Positions 1 through 10,061 of a DNA stretch of 64,000 nt are shown here, one piece after another. The position numbers and the translations under genes are program-made. The DNA comes from an uncultured cyanobacterium (GTDB taxonomy: Bacteria > Cyanobacteriota > Cyanobacteriia > CAKZMO01). Positions within the stretch are counted from its first letter, which is position 1. Every line of letters begins with the position of its first letter. The notes beneath the pieces were generated by a model. It was not told where the DNA came from. It saw only the letters and a program-made list of their open reading frames with translations, and did no database searches. The stretch is from assembly GCA_963719515.1 (NCBI GenBank), contig CAVRCJ010000003.1, positions 296,144-360,143 of the forward strand, given 5' to 3'.

Positions 1-32
1 GCCTACCGGAGCGCCTCAGCAAAACCCGCTTC

Positions 33-1418
33 ATGCAGCCAGATTTCCCCTTCTCGCCCCGCCGGGTGCCCTTGTTTTACGGCTGGGTGATTTTAGGGGC
101 AACTATTCTCGGTATCCTCATGAGCATTCCAGGGCAGACCGCTGGCGTCAGCGTCTTTACCGACGATCTGATTGCCGCCACGGGGCTGTCTCGGCTCACC
201 CTCAGCAATGCCTATTTGATTGGCACCCTCACCAGCGGGCTGCTGCTGCCATTCGGCGGGACGTTCATTGATCGATTTGGGGCACGGCTGGTGGTGGTCG
301 GGGCATCGGTATGGCTGGCGCTGACCTTGGGGTATCTCAGCGTTAGCGATCGCCTAGCCCAATGGATTACGGCACTTTTAGGGCTAGACAGCGCCCTGCC
401 CCTCACCTTTGTGCTGCTGTGCTTCGGCTTTGCCAATCTGCGCTTTAGTGGCCAGGGCATGCTGACCTTAGTGAGCCGCACAACTCTAGGTAAATGGTTC
501 GACCGGCAGCGGGGGCTAGCGTCAGGCATCGCGGGACTGTTTATCTCCTTTGGGTTTTCGGCGGCCCCGCTGCTGCTGAGCTTTTTTATTGACGGGTTTG
601 GCTGGCGCGGCGCATGGCTGAGTTTGGCGGTGCTGGTGGGCATGGGCATGGGGCTATTGGGCTGGCTTTTGTACCGAGACAACCCAGAGGAGTGCGGACT
701 GGCGATGGATGGGATAGCGGCTGTGCCTTTAGCTGACTCGGCATCAGACGGCCTGGCCTCGACCCACCTCTCCCCAGCGGTAGCTCCAGACGCCCCCGCT
801 GATATTCTCTCAATCGCCTCGCCCCGCCCCACCCGCGACTTCACCCGAGCCGCAGCGCTGCGGACTTTGGCTTTCTGGGCCGTCACCTTCGCCCTAGCCT
901 CCCAGGCTCTGACGGTAACCGGAATTACCTTCCACATCGTAGATATTGGGGCCGCTGCCGGACTGCCGGAGAAGCAAACCGTGGCCCTTTTCCTCCCCAT
1001 TGCCGGATTCTCAACGGTGACGGGCTATCTCGTTGGTATGGCGTCCGACCGGACTCAGCTGAGACTGCTGTTCATCGCCATGATGGTATTTGAAGCCATC
1101 GGCATTGTGGGGATGGCCCACCTCGACAGTCTGCCCCTGCGTATTGTGGCCATTGTCGGGCTGGGCCTGAGCGGTGGGTGCTTTGGCACGCTATCAACGG
1201 TAACGATGCCCCGATACTTTGGGCGGCAGAACCTAGGGGCGATCTCGGGTGTCGAGATGATGACGCTGGTCATTGCTAGCGCCATCGGTCCCTCACTGCT
1301 AGCGCTGTTCAACGTGGTGTTTGGCAGCTACCGCTTGGGGCTGTATGTCTGCGCCGCCCTCCCCCTAGCGCTGATTGTGCTGCTAATTCCGTCGAGGAAT
1401 CCCCAAGATGAGGGCTGA
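33..1418 (+). CDS. MFS-type transporter (12-TM major facilitator family)
   Basis: 461-aa ORF with hydrophobic segments throughout, a G-rich N-terminal helix and a DRxGxR-like motif (IDRFGAR) typical of the MFS loop 2-3. Confidence 0.6.
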   Translation: MQPDFPFSPRRVPLFYGWVILGATILGILMSIPGQTAGVSVFTDDLIAATGLSRLTLSNAYLIGTLTSGLLLPFGGTFIDRFGARLVVVGASVWLALTLGYLSVSDRLAQWITALLGLDSALPLTFVLLCFGFANLRFSGQGMLTLVSRTTLGKWFDRQRGLASGIAGLFISFGFSAAPLLLSFFIDGFGWRGAWLSLAVLVGMGMGLLGWLLYRDNPEECGLAMDGIAAVPLADSASDGLASTHLSPAVAPDAPADILSIASPRPTRDFTRAAALRTLAFWAVTFALASQALTVTGITFHIVDIGAAAGLPEKQTVALFLPIAGFSTVTGYLVGMASDRTQLRLLFIAMMVFEAIGIVGMAHLDSLPLRIVAIVGLGLSGGCFGTLSTVTMPRYFGRQNLGAISGVEMMTLVIASAIGPSLLALFNVVFGSYRLGLYVCAALPLALIVLLIPSRNPQDEG

Positions 1419-1488
1419 GCGGCCACAGCCGCAGGACGGGCTGTCCTCATCAGAGCTAACGTCTCTCAAAGACAGCTCGTCGCCCCCG

Positions 1489-2250
1489 CTAAACGACCCC
1501 TGCCGTCAGCACCGCATCGCTGACCTCAAAATTGGCGGTCACCGTCTGCACATCGTCTAGATCTTCTAGGGCATCCAGCAGCTTGATCAGCGCCTGGGCT
1601 TGGTCCACATCGTCTACTTGAATCGTATTCTCAAACACCCAGCGTAGCTCTGCTGAAGCAACTGTAAAATCAGCCTTAAGTGCTGCCACGAGCGCTTCTA
1701 GCTGGCTGACTTCTGTAAACACCTCCGCCCCGTCGGCGTCATCCACCTCTACCAGGTTATAGCTCTCCGCCCCCGCCTCCAGGGCCGCTAGCAGCAGCGC
1801 CTCCTCATTGAGGGGACCCGCAACGTTGGCCACTCCCTTTTGTTCAAACATCCAGCTGACGCAGCCGGTTTCTCCTAAGTTGCCGCCGTTTTTGCTAAAG
1901 GCCGATCGTAGGTCCGCAGCGGTGCGGTTGCGGTTATCGGTGAGCGCTTCAATGAGCACCGCTACTCCCCCCGGCCCATAGCCTTCGTAGCGGATATCTT
2001 CGAGCTCAGAATCTCCCTCAAAGGTGCCGGCCCCTTTGGCGATCGCCCGCTCAATGTTGTCGCTGGGGATGCCGGCGGCTTTGGCCTTTTCAATGGCGGT
2101 GCGCAGCTGAAAGTTGCCGTCAGGGTCGGGAACACCGCTGCGGGCCGCCACAATAATTTGACGGGAAATTTTGGCAAATGTTTTGCCTTTGACGGCGTCG
2201 ACGCGGGCTTTCTGACGCTTAATGTTGGCCCACTTACTATGGCCTGCCAT
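1489..2250 (-). CDS. yebC: YebC/PmpR family probable transcriptional regulator (DUF28)
   Basis: N-terminus [15 protein letters not shown]... is the hallmark start of the YebC family; ~250 aa. Confidence 0.9.
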   Translation of the reverse strand: MAGHSKWANIKRQKARVDAVKGKTFAKISRQIIVAARSGVPDPDGNFQLRTAIEKAKAAGIPSDNIERAIAKGAGTFEGDSELEDIRYEGYGPGGVAVLIEALTDNRNRTAADLRSAFSKNGGNLGETGCVSWMFEQKGVANVAGPLNEEALLLAALEAGAESYNLVEVDDADGAEVFTEVSQLEALVAALKADFTVASAELRWVFENTIQVDDVDQAQALIKLLDALEDLDDVQTVTANFEVSDAVLTAGVV

Positions 2251-2409
2251 AACTCAAAATCGTAAGCAAAGACATTGGGGTTCCAATTATAGCCGAGCGC
2301 AGGAGCCCTTAGTCGCTAAGGGCGGGAGCTTCGCTGTGCGGCCTGAGTGAGCAGCAAGGCTTGTTTCGAGCGCCGCCTGCCCGGTACCTTTCCTAAGAGC
2401 TCCTGACGC

Positions 2410-3792
2410 TCAGCAGGCCATGACAACCGTGTCGTCAAAGCTCAGCCACGCTAGCTTGTCAGGATTTTCCAGCAGTTCGTAGGTGGCCAAGAAGCCCGCA
2501 ATAGTCCACGTTTGGGACAGCCGCGCCTCTTTGCCAATCAGCCGCCCGTGACGACCGTCGTAGTACTCAGGCCACTGATCTTGTTCTAGCCGTTCGGCAG
2601 CGATCGCCAGCGCCCGGTGGGCCACGTCAGTGCGGTTAAGCTTGATAGCAGCGGCCGCCAGCCAGATCAGCAGGAACGGCCAGCTGCCGCCGTTGTGATA
2701 AGACCAGGGGGTGTTTTTGGGGTCACAGCCCGTCACCAGCTCCCAGTCTCGTCCCTCAAGGGCGGGAAAGCAAACTTTGATCGGCATCGCGTTGACTAAA
2801 TCCAGCCAGCGGGCCTCAATCTGGTTCAAAATCGCGTGGGCCTGCCCTTCGTCCGCTAGGGCCACCATGACACTGAGCAAATTTCCTTGGGTAAACCAGC
2901 GAAAATCCATGCGCCCTGGCCCGACATTGCCCACAAAGTATCCTCCCTCGTCGCCAACCCAGCCCTCTAACCAGTCAGGGATGGCATCTGCGTAAATATT
3001 GAATTCGTTGACCGCCGTCAGCCCAAACTCTTCTGAGCGATAGCGGTAGATCTGGCGCAGCTGCGGCAGATCGAGCCAGTAGTATTGGCGAACGTGATAG
3101 GCCAGGTGAGACAGGCGCTTGTCAATGGCCGTGAGGTAAGTCTTATTGACAGAATTGGGACAGAGCAGCTCTTGGGCGGAGCGAAGAGCGGCAAAAAAGA
3201 TGGCCTGAATATCAAGCGGGTAGCCATAGACCCCCATGCGACGGTCCACCATGAAGGAGCCATCGGGCACCAAGAGGGTAGGAAACATATTGAAGTGGGG
3301 CGTAAGGCACAGATCGAGGATGAACCGCATCCCCCGCTGAACGTCGTCCCGCTGGGCAAACGCCAAGTCTTGAGTGGCTTTAGTGTAGGCCCGCAGAATT
3401 ATCAGCCACCAAAACACTGCGTCAATAGGGGCAACCTTAGCGATCGCCTGCTCCCCAAAGTCGGCATCGAGGTGCTCCCCCTCGTCGGTTTTGACCACCT
3501 TAAAGCTAGCGGGCATAACGCCCGAACCGGGCTTAAAGCAGCTCATCCGCTTCTCCCGGCTTTGGAGCGTCAGCGTTGTTTCGAGAAAGTGGCGCACCAC
3601 GTCAGTTTCGCCCTTCAGCAAAAAGGCGATCGCTGAAATCGCGAAATCCCGCGTAAAGCACTGATCGTAGTTGAGGGCGTCAACCGTGTCGTCACAGGCT
3701 GCAACCGTGCCCACTGGCTTGCCCTGGTAGGACATTAGCGATCGCCGCAGTGCCTCCCAACCGGCGGTCAAACTCTGCGTCGAAACTCCCAT
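2410..3792 (-). CDS. Alkaline/neutral invertase (GH100)
   Basis: 460 aa; motifs such as YHNGGSWP, FxRDF and LVPDGSFM match the cyanobacterial/plant A/N-invertase family. Confidence 0.85.
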   Translation of the reverse strand: MGVSTQSLTAGWEALRRSLMSYQGKPVGTVAACDDTVDALNYDQCFTRDFAISAIAFLLKGETDVVRHFLETTLTLQSREKRMSCFKPGSGVMPASFKVVKTDEGEHLDADFGEQAIAKVAPIDAVFWWLIILRAYTKATQDLAFAQRDDVQRGMRFILDLCLTPHFNMFPTLLVPDGSFMVDRRMGVYGYPLDIQAIFFAALRSAQELLCPNSVNKTYLTAIDKRLSHLAYHVRQYYWLDLPQLRQIYRYRSEEFGLTAVNEFNIYADAIPDWLEGWVGDEGGYFVGNVGPGRMDFRWFTQGNLLSVMVALADEGQAHAILNQIEARWLDLVNAMPIKVCFPALEGRDWELVTGCDPKNTPWSYHNGGSWPFLLIWLAAAAIKLNRTDVAHRALAIAAERLEQDQWPEYYDGRHGRLIGKEARLSQTWTIAGFLATYELLENPDKLAWLSFDDTVVMAC

Positions 3793-4051
3793 AAAGCCGT
3801 CCTAGTACGTTAAAAGCTATACGTAGTGTAGACGACAATCTTGACATTCTCCTTACGCTGAAGAGAGCAGCATTTCCTGGAGGTCTCGACGAGGCTAAAG
3901 ATAAGGCCTCGGTACCGCAAGTAAGCCCTACGCCAGCGCCTGCTCCTCCTAGCTGCTACCCTGTCAAAATACCGGGGGAGGGCCGATACAGTGCCAAAGC
4001 CTCAACCCGCGCTTTAAGCCCCCATACTGACATTGCTGTGAGGAGTCACCC

Positions 4052-4972
4052 ATGGACCCGATCGCCTCCCCTTCCGCAAACGAGCCCCAAAACGCAGGCT
4101 CAAAGAGTAAGAAGAGTAAAAAGAAGCTCAAAAAACAGAAAACTGGCCCTGGACATAGAGCCCCTCATCACCTCGCCGAGGCCGAAGGCAGCTCTAAGCT
4201 CTCCCGAAAAGTCTATGAAAAAGAGCTGGGTCGCCTGCAGTTAGAGCTGGTCAAAATGCAGTACTGGGTCAAGCACACCGGCTGCCGCATCATCATTATT
4301 TTTGAAGGGCGAGACGCTGCCGGTAAGGGCGGCACCATCAAGCGAATCACTGAACCCCTCAACCCCCGGGGCTGCCGTATCGTTGCCCTTGGCACCCCGA
4401 GCGATCGCGAAAAGACCGAGTGGTACTTCCAGCGCTACGTGGTCCACCTTCCCGCCGCCGGAGAAATCGTTTGCTTCGACCGCAGCTGGTACAACCGCGC
4501 CGGGGTGGAACGCGTCATGGGATTCTGCACTGAGGCGCAGTACCAAGAATTTATGCAGACCTGTCCCCAGTTTGAGAAAATGCTGGTGCGCTCCGGCGTT
4601 ATCTTGCTGAAATACTGGTTTTCCGTCAGCGATGAAGAGCAGGAGCGCCGCTTCCAGTCTCGGATCACTGACCCGGCCCGCCGCTGGAAGATTAGCCCCA
4701 TGGACCTCGAGTCGCGCGATCGCTGGGTGGACTATTCCCGCGCCAAGGACGCCATGTTTGCCCACACCAACATTCCAGAAGCGCCCTGGTTTACGGTGGA
4801 GGCCGACGACAAGAAGCGGGCACGGCTCAACTGCATCAGCCACATCTTGAGCAAGATTCCCTATGTCGACATGACCCCTGAGGAAATTGAGCTGCCGCCC
4901 CGCAGGCCTGAGCCCGAAGACTACGTCCGTCCTCCAATCAACGAGCAGTTCTTTGTGCCTCAGCGGTATTAG
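4052..4972 (+). CDS. Polyphosphate kinase 2 family protein (PPK2)
   Basis: Walker A-like GRDAAGKGG, FDRSWYNRAGVE and a lid region typical of PPK2; basic Lys-rich N-terminal extension. Confidence 0.85.
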   Translation: MDPIASPSANEPQNAGSKSKKSKKKLKKQKTGPGHRAPHHLAEAEGSSKLSRKVYEKELGRLQLELVKMQYWVKHTGCRIIIIFEGRDAAGKGGTIKRITEPLNPRGCRIVALGTPSDREKTEWYFQRYVVHLPAAGEIVCFDRSWYNRAGVERVMGFCTEAQYQEFMQTCPQFEKMLVRSGVILLKYWFSVSDEEQERRFQSRITDPARRWKISPMDLESRDRWVDYSRAKDAMFAHTNIPEAPWFTVEADDKKRARLNCISHILSKIPYVDMTPEEIELPPRRPEPEDYVRPPINEQFFVPQRY

Positions 4973-5670
4973 CGCTCCGGGCCTACGTGCTGGTCAATTA
5001 GCGTTTCAATGTCTGCCTTACCCACGCGGCTGTAGCGGGCCTTGCCCGGCATCACCACCAGATTTGGCCCCGACTTGCAGCGGTCCATACAGCCCGTTTT
5101 CTTGATGGTGACGGCGTCGCTCAAGCCGCGATCGCTCAGCCGCTTCTCTAACCGCTCATGGACTGCTTGCCCGCCTCGCTTTTTCCAGCAGCTTCCCTTC
5201 TGGCAAATCAAGATTTTGGTCTGGGCGTTCTTCATAGGCTTTACGCCGTTGGGGGAATCGACGACGGGCACATCTGGCTCCAGCGCCCCCAACACCACCG
5301 GGTCCAGCGCCGTCTGGGCCTTAGCGCCATCCCCGGCGCTGTCGTTATCGACATCTATGAGGTCCAAAAACGGAGCGACTGAAGCCCCGTTCAGCATCTG
5401 TAGGTCTTCTGCCTTCAGCTTCAGCCCGCCGCTTTTCTTCTGCTTCACCGCTCCGGAAACCTGCACCGAACCGCCTTTCTCTAGCTCCGGCGGCAGCGAC
5501 TTCCGGAGCGGCTTCGCTAGCTTGATGCGATACTTGATGCCGTCCACCTTGACTTTGATGCCCTTCAGCTTGCGGCCAGCTTTGACGAAGCCAACCAGCT
5601 TGCCGCTGAGGATGAAAGATTTTGCATCGGTGTGTGGGGGTTTCAAGCCGCTAGTCCTAATTCTTAACAA
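4969..5670 (-). CDS. Hypothetical protein with C-terminal thioredoxin-like [2Fe-2S] ferredoxin domain
   Basis: C-terminus has the C-x4-C...C-x3-C spacing (ICQKGSCW...GCMDRCKSGP) of NuoE/HoxE-like 2Fe-2S ferredoxins; the N-terminal half is Lys-rich and low-complexity. Confidence 0.5.
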   Translation of the reverse strand: MLRIRTSGLKPPHTDAKSFILSGKLVGFVKAGRKLKGIKVKVDGIKYRIKLAKPLRKSLPPELEKGGSVQVSGAVKQKKSGGLKLKAEDLQMLNGASVAPFLDLIDVDNDSAGDGAKAQTALDPVVLGALEPDVPVVDSPNGVKPMKNAQTKILICQKGSCWKKRGGQAVHERLEKRLSDRGLSDAVTIKKTGCMDRCKSGPNLVVMPGKARYSRVGKADIETLIDQHVGPER

Positions 5671-5747
5671 TCTTTTCTAGTTTATACCGTCGGCTTTATA
5701 CCGTCGGCCCTCGGTGAGAATTCCCCCGCCTCAACTCGCCCTCAATC

Positions 5748-7106
5748 TCACGTGCCGCGCCGCAGCCGCGCTACAAAAAAGCCATCCATCTGCTCGCGGT
5801 GGGGCCAAAGTTTCAGCCAGCCCTCGGGCGATCGCCATTGAGACTGCAGGTCATCCTCCACGCCCTGAAGCTCGATCGGATCGAGGGCCCAATCTTCTTG
5901 GCGCTCTAAAAACTGCTGCACCACCTGCTCATTTTCCATCGGGTGCAGGGTGCAGGTGGCGTAGACCATCACCCCGCCCGGTTTGACCCAAGCGGCGGCG
6001 CGGGACAGCAGCGCCTGCTGCAGCTGAGCGAGCCCTGCCACCGTCTCCGGCGTTTGCCGCCAGCGGGCGTCGGCGTGGCGGTGCAGCGTCCCTAGCCCTG
6101 AGCAGGGAGCGTCAATCAACACCCGGTCCACCGCCTCAAAGCTCAGCTCCCGCGCGTCCGCCACCTTGATCTGTAGTGACGTTAACCCCAAACGAGCCTG
6201 ATTGTCCTGCAGGCGCTCTAGCCGCTTGGCGCTGCGATCGCAGGCCCACACCACACCCGGACGGCCAGACGGACCTGAAGCTCCATCGCCCATCAGCTCT
6301 GCCGCGTGGGTGGCCTTACCGCCAGGGGCGGCGCAGGCATCGACGATGGTTTCTCCCGGCTGCGGGGCGAGGCAGTGGCCCACGAGCTGGGCGCTGCTGT
6401 CCTGAACGCTCCACCCCCCCGCCTCGAAGCCCGGCAGCGCGGGGACCCGCTGGGATGAGGTCAGGCGAATCGCCTGGGGCAAGGGCAAGAGCCTGTGGTC
6501 AACGCCAGCCGCTGATAGGGCCGCTGAGACGTCAGGACGGGTGGCTTTGAGGGAATTAATCCTTAAGTCGAGCGCTGGGGGTTGGTTGAACCAGGCGCAC
6601 AGCTGCGCCGTCTCTTCTAGGCCAACGGCGTCAGCCCACAGCGCCACGATCCAGTCGGGATAGCTGTGCTGCACCGCCAGTTTTGCCACGGGGTCGTCAG
6701 GCAGCACCAGCGGGTCGCCTTGGGCCTCTAGCCGCCCGTACTGCCGCAGCACCCCATTCACCAACCCCGACAGCCCGCGCAGACCGTTGCGCTTGGCCAA
6801 ATCAACGCTGGTGTTCACCGCCGCCGAGGCCGGGACGTGATTCAGGTATCGCAGCTGGTAGAGCCCCAGCCGCAGAATGAGCTGCAGCTTCACGGGGTGG
6901 CGCGATCGCTTGCGAGAGAGCTGGTCGATGAGGGCGTCGAGGGTGCGGCGACGGCGGGTGACCCCGTAGACGAGTTCGGTGACAAACCGGCGATCGCGCC
7001 CATCAAGGGATGTTTGGCCGAGGGTAGAGTCTAGCGCTGCGTCCGAGAATACGTCCCGCTCAATCTGCGCTAGGGCGTCTAAGGCGAGCTGTCGTGCGTT
7101 TGGCAT
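5748..7106 (-). CDS. rsmB: 16S rRNA (cytosine967-C5)-methyltransferase RsmB/Sun
   Basis: N-terminal NusB-like region plus SAM-MTase motifs DACAAPGGK, DAPCSGLG and a catalytic ATCT...P region. Confidence 0.85.
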   Translation of the reverse strand: MPNARQLALDALAQIERDVFSDAALDSTLGQTSLDGRDRRFVTELVYGVTRRRRTLDALIDQLSRKRSRHPVKLQLILRLGLYQLRYLNHVPASAAVNTSVDLAKRNGLRGLSGLVNGVLRQYGRLEAQGDPLVLPDDPVAKLAVQHSYPDWIVALWADAVGLEETAQLCAWFNQPPALDLRINSLKATRPDVSAALSAAGVDHRLLPLPQAIRLTSSQRVPALPGFEAGGWSVQDSSAQLVGHCLAPQPGETIVDACAAPGGKATHAAELMGDGASGPSGRPGVVWACDRSAKRLERLQDNQARLGLTSLQIKVADARELSFEAVDRVLIDAPCSGLGTLHRHADARWRQTPETVAGLAQLQQALLSRAAAWVKPGGVMVYATCTLHPMENEQVVQQFLERQEDWALDPIELQGVEDDLQSQWRSPEGWLKLWPHREQMDGFFVARLRRGT

Positions 7107-7226
7107 TCCACTCCGTCGATGACAGGCTGCAGGATTTGCCTAGACGATCTGCGCCACGAGGGCTACTCCCCATAGGTACAGCTTTATCGCTATGCTAGAG
7201 AAGATCCGTGCAAAATATGCAGCCGT

Positions 7227-7811
7227 ATGATAGTAACAGAGCGCCAGCGAATCATGGCTTGGCTCACTGAAAACTTACCCAAACCTCGATTATCCCACGT
7301 GATGCGGGTGGAGCAGATGTCGGTAGAGCTTGCCGACTGCCATGGCCTCAACGTGGACAAAGCCGCCGCTGCGGGGCTGCTGCACGACACCGCCAAGTAC
7401 TTTAAATCTGACCGGCTGCTGGCGATGGCGCGGGCCGAAGGGCTCAAGCTAGACGACACATTTTGTGATAATCCCCGGCTGCTGCACGCCGACGTGGGGG
7501 CGATTGTGGCGCGAGACGAGTTTGGCGTTACCGACACCGACATCCTGCAGGCGATCGCCAACCATACTCTGGGTCAGCCCAACATGGACGGCCTCAGCTG
7601 CGTTGTGTTTCTAGCCGACGGCCTCGAACCCGGTCGGGGCCACAGCTCAGAGCTCAACCAAATGCGTCAGGTGAGCTACCAAGACCTCCACACCGCCGTC
7701 TGGATGAGCTGTGACTACACCATCCGTCAGCTGCTTGAGGCCAAGAAGCCCATTCACCCGCGAGCGATCGCCACTCGTAACTGGTTTTTAAAAAGCGCTA
7801 AGACAAGCTAA
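7227..7811 (+). CDS. yqeK: HD-domain hydrolase, YqeK family (bis(5'-nucleosyl)-tetraphosphatase-like)
   Basis: HD motif (LLHD), ~190 aa, and it sits immediately upstream of rsfS as in the conserved nadD-yqeK-rsfS arrangement. Confidence 0.8.
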   Translation: MIVTERQRIMAWLTENLPKPRLSHVMRVEQMSVELADCHGLNVDKAAAAGLLHDTAKYFKSDRLLAMARAEGLKLDDTFCDNPRLLHADVGAIVARDEFGVTDTDILQAIANHTLGQPNMDGLSCVVFLADGLEPGRGHSSELNQMRQVSYQDLHTAVWMSCDYTIRQLLEAKKPIHPRAIATRNWFLKSAKTS

Positions 7812-7910
7812 GACAAAAGGCGGCTTCCGTTAACCCTCGGTACAATGCAATTAAGCCAAAACTGCTCGCTGTATAATCCCATTCGCCCGAACAGGAGAAT
7901 CAAGTTCTGA

Positions 7911-8330
7911 ATGATTAATCGCTCTAACGCTAACCGAACCTTTGATGACGCGTCCTCAATCGGCGACCCCACAAGCGCAGATGAGACTCTCCAGGTTGCC
8001 CTCGATATTGTCAACGCCGCCGACGATCGCAAAGCCGTCGACATTTCGGTTCTAGACGTGTCGGATGTGTCCTACCTCGCTGACTACTTCATCGTCATGA
8101 CGGGACTCTCCAACGTTCAGGTTAGGGCGATCGCCCGTTCCGTTCAACAGGCCACCGAGGAGCACTGGGGGCGATCGCCCCAGCGGGTGGAGGGCGTTAC
8201 CGACGGCAACTGGATTTTGCTCGACTACGGCGATATCATCGTCCATGTCTTTATGCCCCACGAGCGCGAATACTACAACCTAGAGGCATTTTGGGGCCAC
8301 GCCCGCCGCGTCGATCGCGCTGCCTCTTAG
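7911..8330 (+). CDS. rsfS: Ribosome silencing factor RsfS (Iojap)
   Basis: Conserved Iojap core (DISVLDVSDVSYLADYFIVMTG...WILLDYGDIIVHVF). Confidence 0.9.
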   Translation: MINRSNANRTFDDASSIGDPTSADETLQVALDIVNAADDRKAVDISVLDVSDVSYLADYFIVMTGLSNVQVRAIARSVQQATEEHWGRSPQRVEGVTDGNWILLDYGDIIVHVFMPHEREYYNLEAFWGHARRVDRAAS

Positions 8331-8383
8331 GGTATTGCCACAACTGCCGCTGTTCTGGTGGTCTACAGCCTTTTAGTTTCTCT

Positions 8384-8881
8384 ATGAAGTTTTCTTCCGT
8401 TTGTCCCGTTCCATCAGAGCAGCTGCCGATTAACGAATATGGCGAGCTCAAGGACTCTTGGTTTTTTCGGTGGGCAACCCTCAGCCACTTGCCCTACCAC
8501 CGCCCTACCCTGTTGCTGTGGCTGCTGAGTTGGAGCGTTGCGGGGCCTGTGGCTGCTGTGAGTTTTGCGCCTGATAGGCAGCCGCTGCCGTTTGTGCTGA
8601 GCGCCGCTGCCGGGGCCGCCGTTGTTCCAGTTTTGACGCTGATTCAGCTCTATTCGGGCTGGATATATGTCTATAATCGGCTCGACAGCGACGCCATTCC
8701 CTATGAGGAATCGGGGTGGTATGACGGTCAAGTCTGGCGAAAGCCCGATGAGGTCCTCCAGCGAGACCGGCTGATTGTGGCGTATGAACTGAAACCCTTA
8801 CTGAAAAAGCTGCGAAGAACGCTTTTGCTCATTGGCCTGCTTTTGGGCGGAGACCTCGCACTACTGTTTTTAACGATTTAA
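8384..8881 (+). CDS. Conserved cyanobacterial/plastid membrane protein, probable DUF1230 (CGLD27-like)
   Basis: 165 aa from the internal ATG at 8384; two TM segments; WFFRWATL and EESGWYDGQVW motifs recalled for the DUF1230 family; the upstream part of the ORF overlaps rsfS and is unlikely to be coding. Confidence 0.45.
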   Translation: MKFSSVCPVPSEQLPINEYGELKDSWFFRWATLSHLPYHRPTLLLWLLSWSVAGPVAAVSFAPDRQPLPFVLSAAAGAAVVPVLTLIQLYSGWIYVYNRLDSDAIPYEESGWYDGQVWRKPDEVLQRDRLIVAYELKPLLKKLRRTLLLIGLLLGGDLALLFLTI

Positions 8882-8888
8882 CTGCCTT

Positions 8889-9836
8889 ATGGGAAAACGT
8901 ACGCAAACCGCCGAACTTGAGGTTCGGCTTCTGAGGGAAGGTATTGTTGAATCGGTCCACCACGTGCAGGCAGCGGTCTGCGACGACAAAGGTCGGACGC
9001 TGTCGGTGGCGGGACGTTCTGAGGCAGCGGTCTTCGTTCGCTCAGCCCTGAAGCCGTTTCAGGCGCTGGCCGTCACGTCTAGCGGCACCATGGAGACCTA
9101 CCGCCTCACCGACAAAGACCTCGCGATTATCTGCAGTTCCCACAAGGGCACCATCAAACAAGCGCGTCAGGCCTTCAACATTTTGTGGCGGGCCAATATT
9201 GACCCGGCGGCGCTGCAGTGCCCGACCCCGCGTAAGACACAGAGCCCTCTGCAGCACAACTGCTCGGGTAAACACGCCGGCATGCTTGCGGTCTGTCAGC
9301 AGCGCAGCTGGCCTCTAAAGAACTACCTGCAGCGAGATCACCCTGTTCAGACGCTGATCTTCGGCAAAGTCGCGGAGCTGCTGCACATGCCGGCAGAGGA
9401 ATTTATCAGCGTCCACGATGACTGCGGGGCGCCGACCTATCTCATGCAAATCAACCAGCTCGCGACCCTCTACGCACATTTAGCCTCCGGCGGTAACCTC
9501 AGCCTAGAGCGCGTTATTCGCGCCATGACGCACCACCCGGCCTTAGTTTCAGGAGAAGGTGAGTTTGACACCCGCGTCATGGAAATCAGCGAGGGTGAGC
9601 TGGTGAGTAAATCTGGCGCGGAAGGTGTGCAGTGCATTGCCCGAGTCGGCAGCGGGTTGGGCATGGCTATCAAAGTCAGCGACGGCGCAAAGCGGGCCAA
9701 GCATGCGGCGGCGATTCACCTGATGAAGCAGCTTGGCTGGATTAGCCCAACGGCGGCGGAGAGCTTGGCAGACTCGTTTATGACTCTAGGCGACTATAAA
9801 CGTCTCGACGTCGTGGGCGAATTGACCATGATTTAG
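8889..9836 (+). CDS. Asparaginase II family protein (PF06089)
   Basis: NCSGKHAGML and surrounding conserved blocks typical of the L-asparaginase II family; 315 aa. Confidence 0.8.
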   Translation: MGKRTQTAELEVRLLREGIVESVHHVQAAVCDDKGRTLSVAGRSEAAVFVRSALKPFQALAVTSSGTMETYRLTDKDLAIICSSHKGTIKQARQAFNILWRANIDPAALQCPTPRKTQSPLQHNCSGKHAGMLAVCQQRSWPLKNYLQRDHPVQTLIFGKVAELLHMPAEEFISVHDDCGAPTYLMQINQLATLYAHLASGGNLSLERVIRAMTHHPALVSGEGEFDTRVMEISEGELVSKSGAEGVQCIARVGSGLGMAIKVSDGAKRAKHAAAIHLMKQLGWISPTAAESLADSFMTLGDYKRLDVVGELTMI

Positions 9837-9894
9837 CCAATTTCAAAAAAGAGTCACACATCGGTAAATCGGGCTGCTATACTAGTTGAAGCGA

Positions 9895-9968
<74 letters not shown>

Positions 9969-9976
9969 CTTTACTA

Positions 9977-10024
9977 AAGACAAGAGCAAGAGAGACCTCA
10001 CTAGGTGAGGTCTCTCTTGCTTTA
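9977..10024 (+). terminator. Rho-independent terminator after tRNA-fMet
   Basis: Perfect stem AGAGAGACCTCAC/GTGAGGTCTCTCT with a 4-nt loop, followed by CTTTAT. Confidence 0.6.
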
Positions 10025-10061
10025 TGGCGCTTCTAGATTACGAAACGAGTTTAGCTACTAG

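Noticed and set aside
212-1000. 262-aa antisense ORF (and many similar 60-200 aa ORFs, e.g. 3085..3636, 4241..4843, 39340..39762, 40011..40664, 47193..47603)
   Set aside because: They lie antisense to well-supported genes in a high-GC genome, have Arg/Pro/Ala-biased low-complexity products and no motifs; they are typical GC-driven spurious ORFs.
7227-8330. yqeK-rsfS as an anomalous fragment of the nadD operon
   Set aside because: Absence of nadD upstream (rsmB is there, on the opposite strand) is a common cyanobacterial arrangement and does not need special explanation.
8291-8383. N-terminal extension of the DUF1230-like ORF overlapping rsfS
   Set aside because: The Cys/Arg-rich extension overlaps the rsfS 3' end; the conserved protein begins at the internal ATG 8384.
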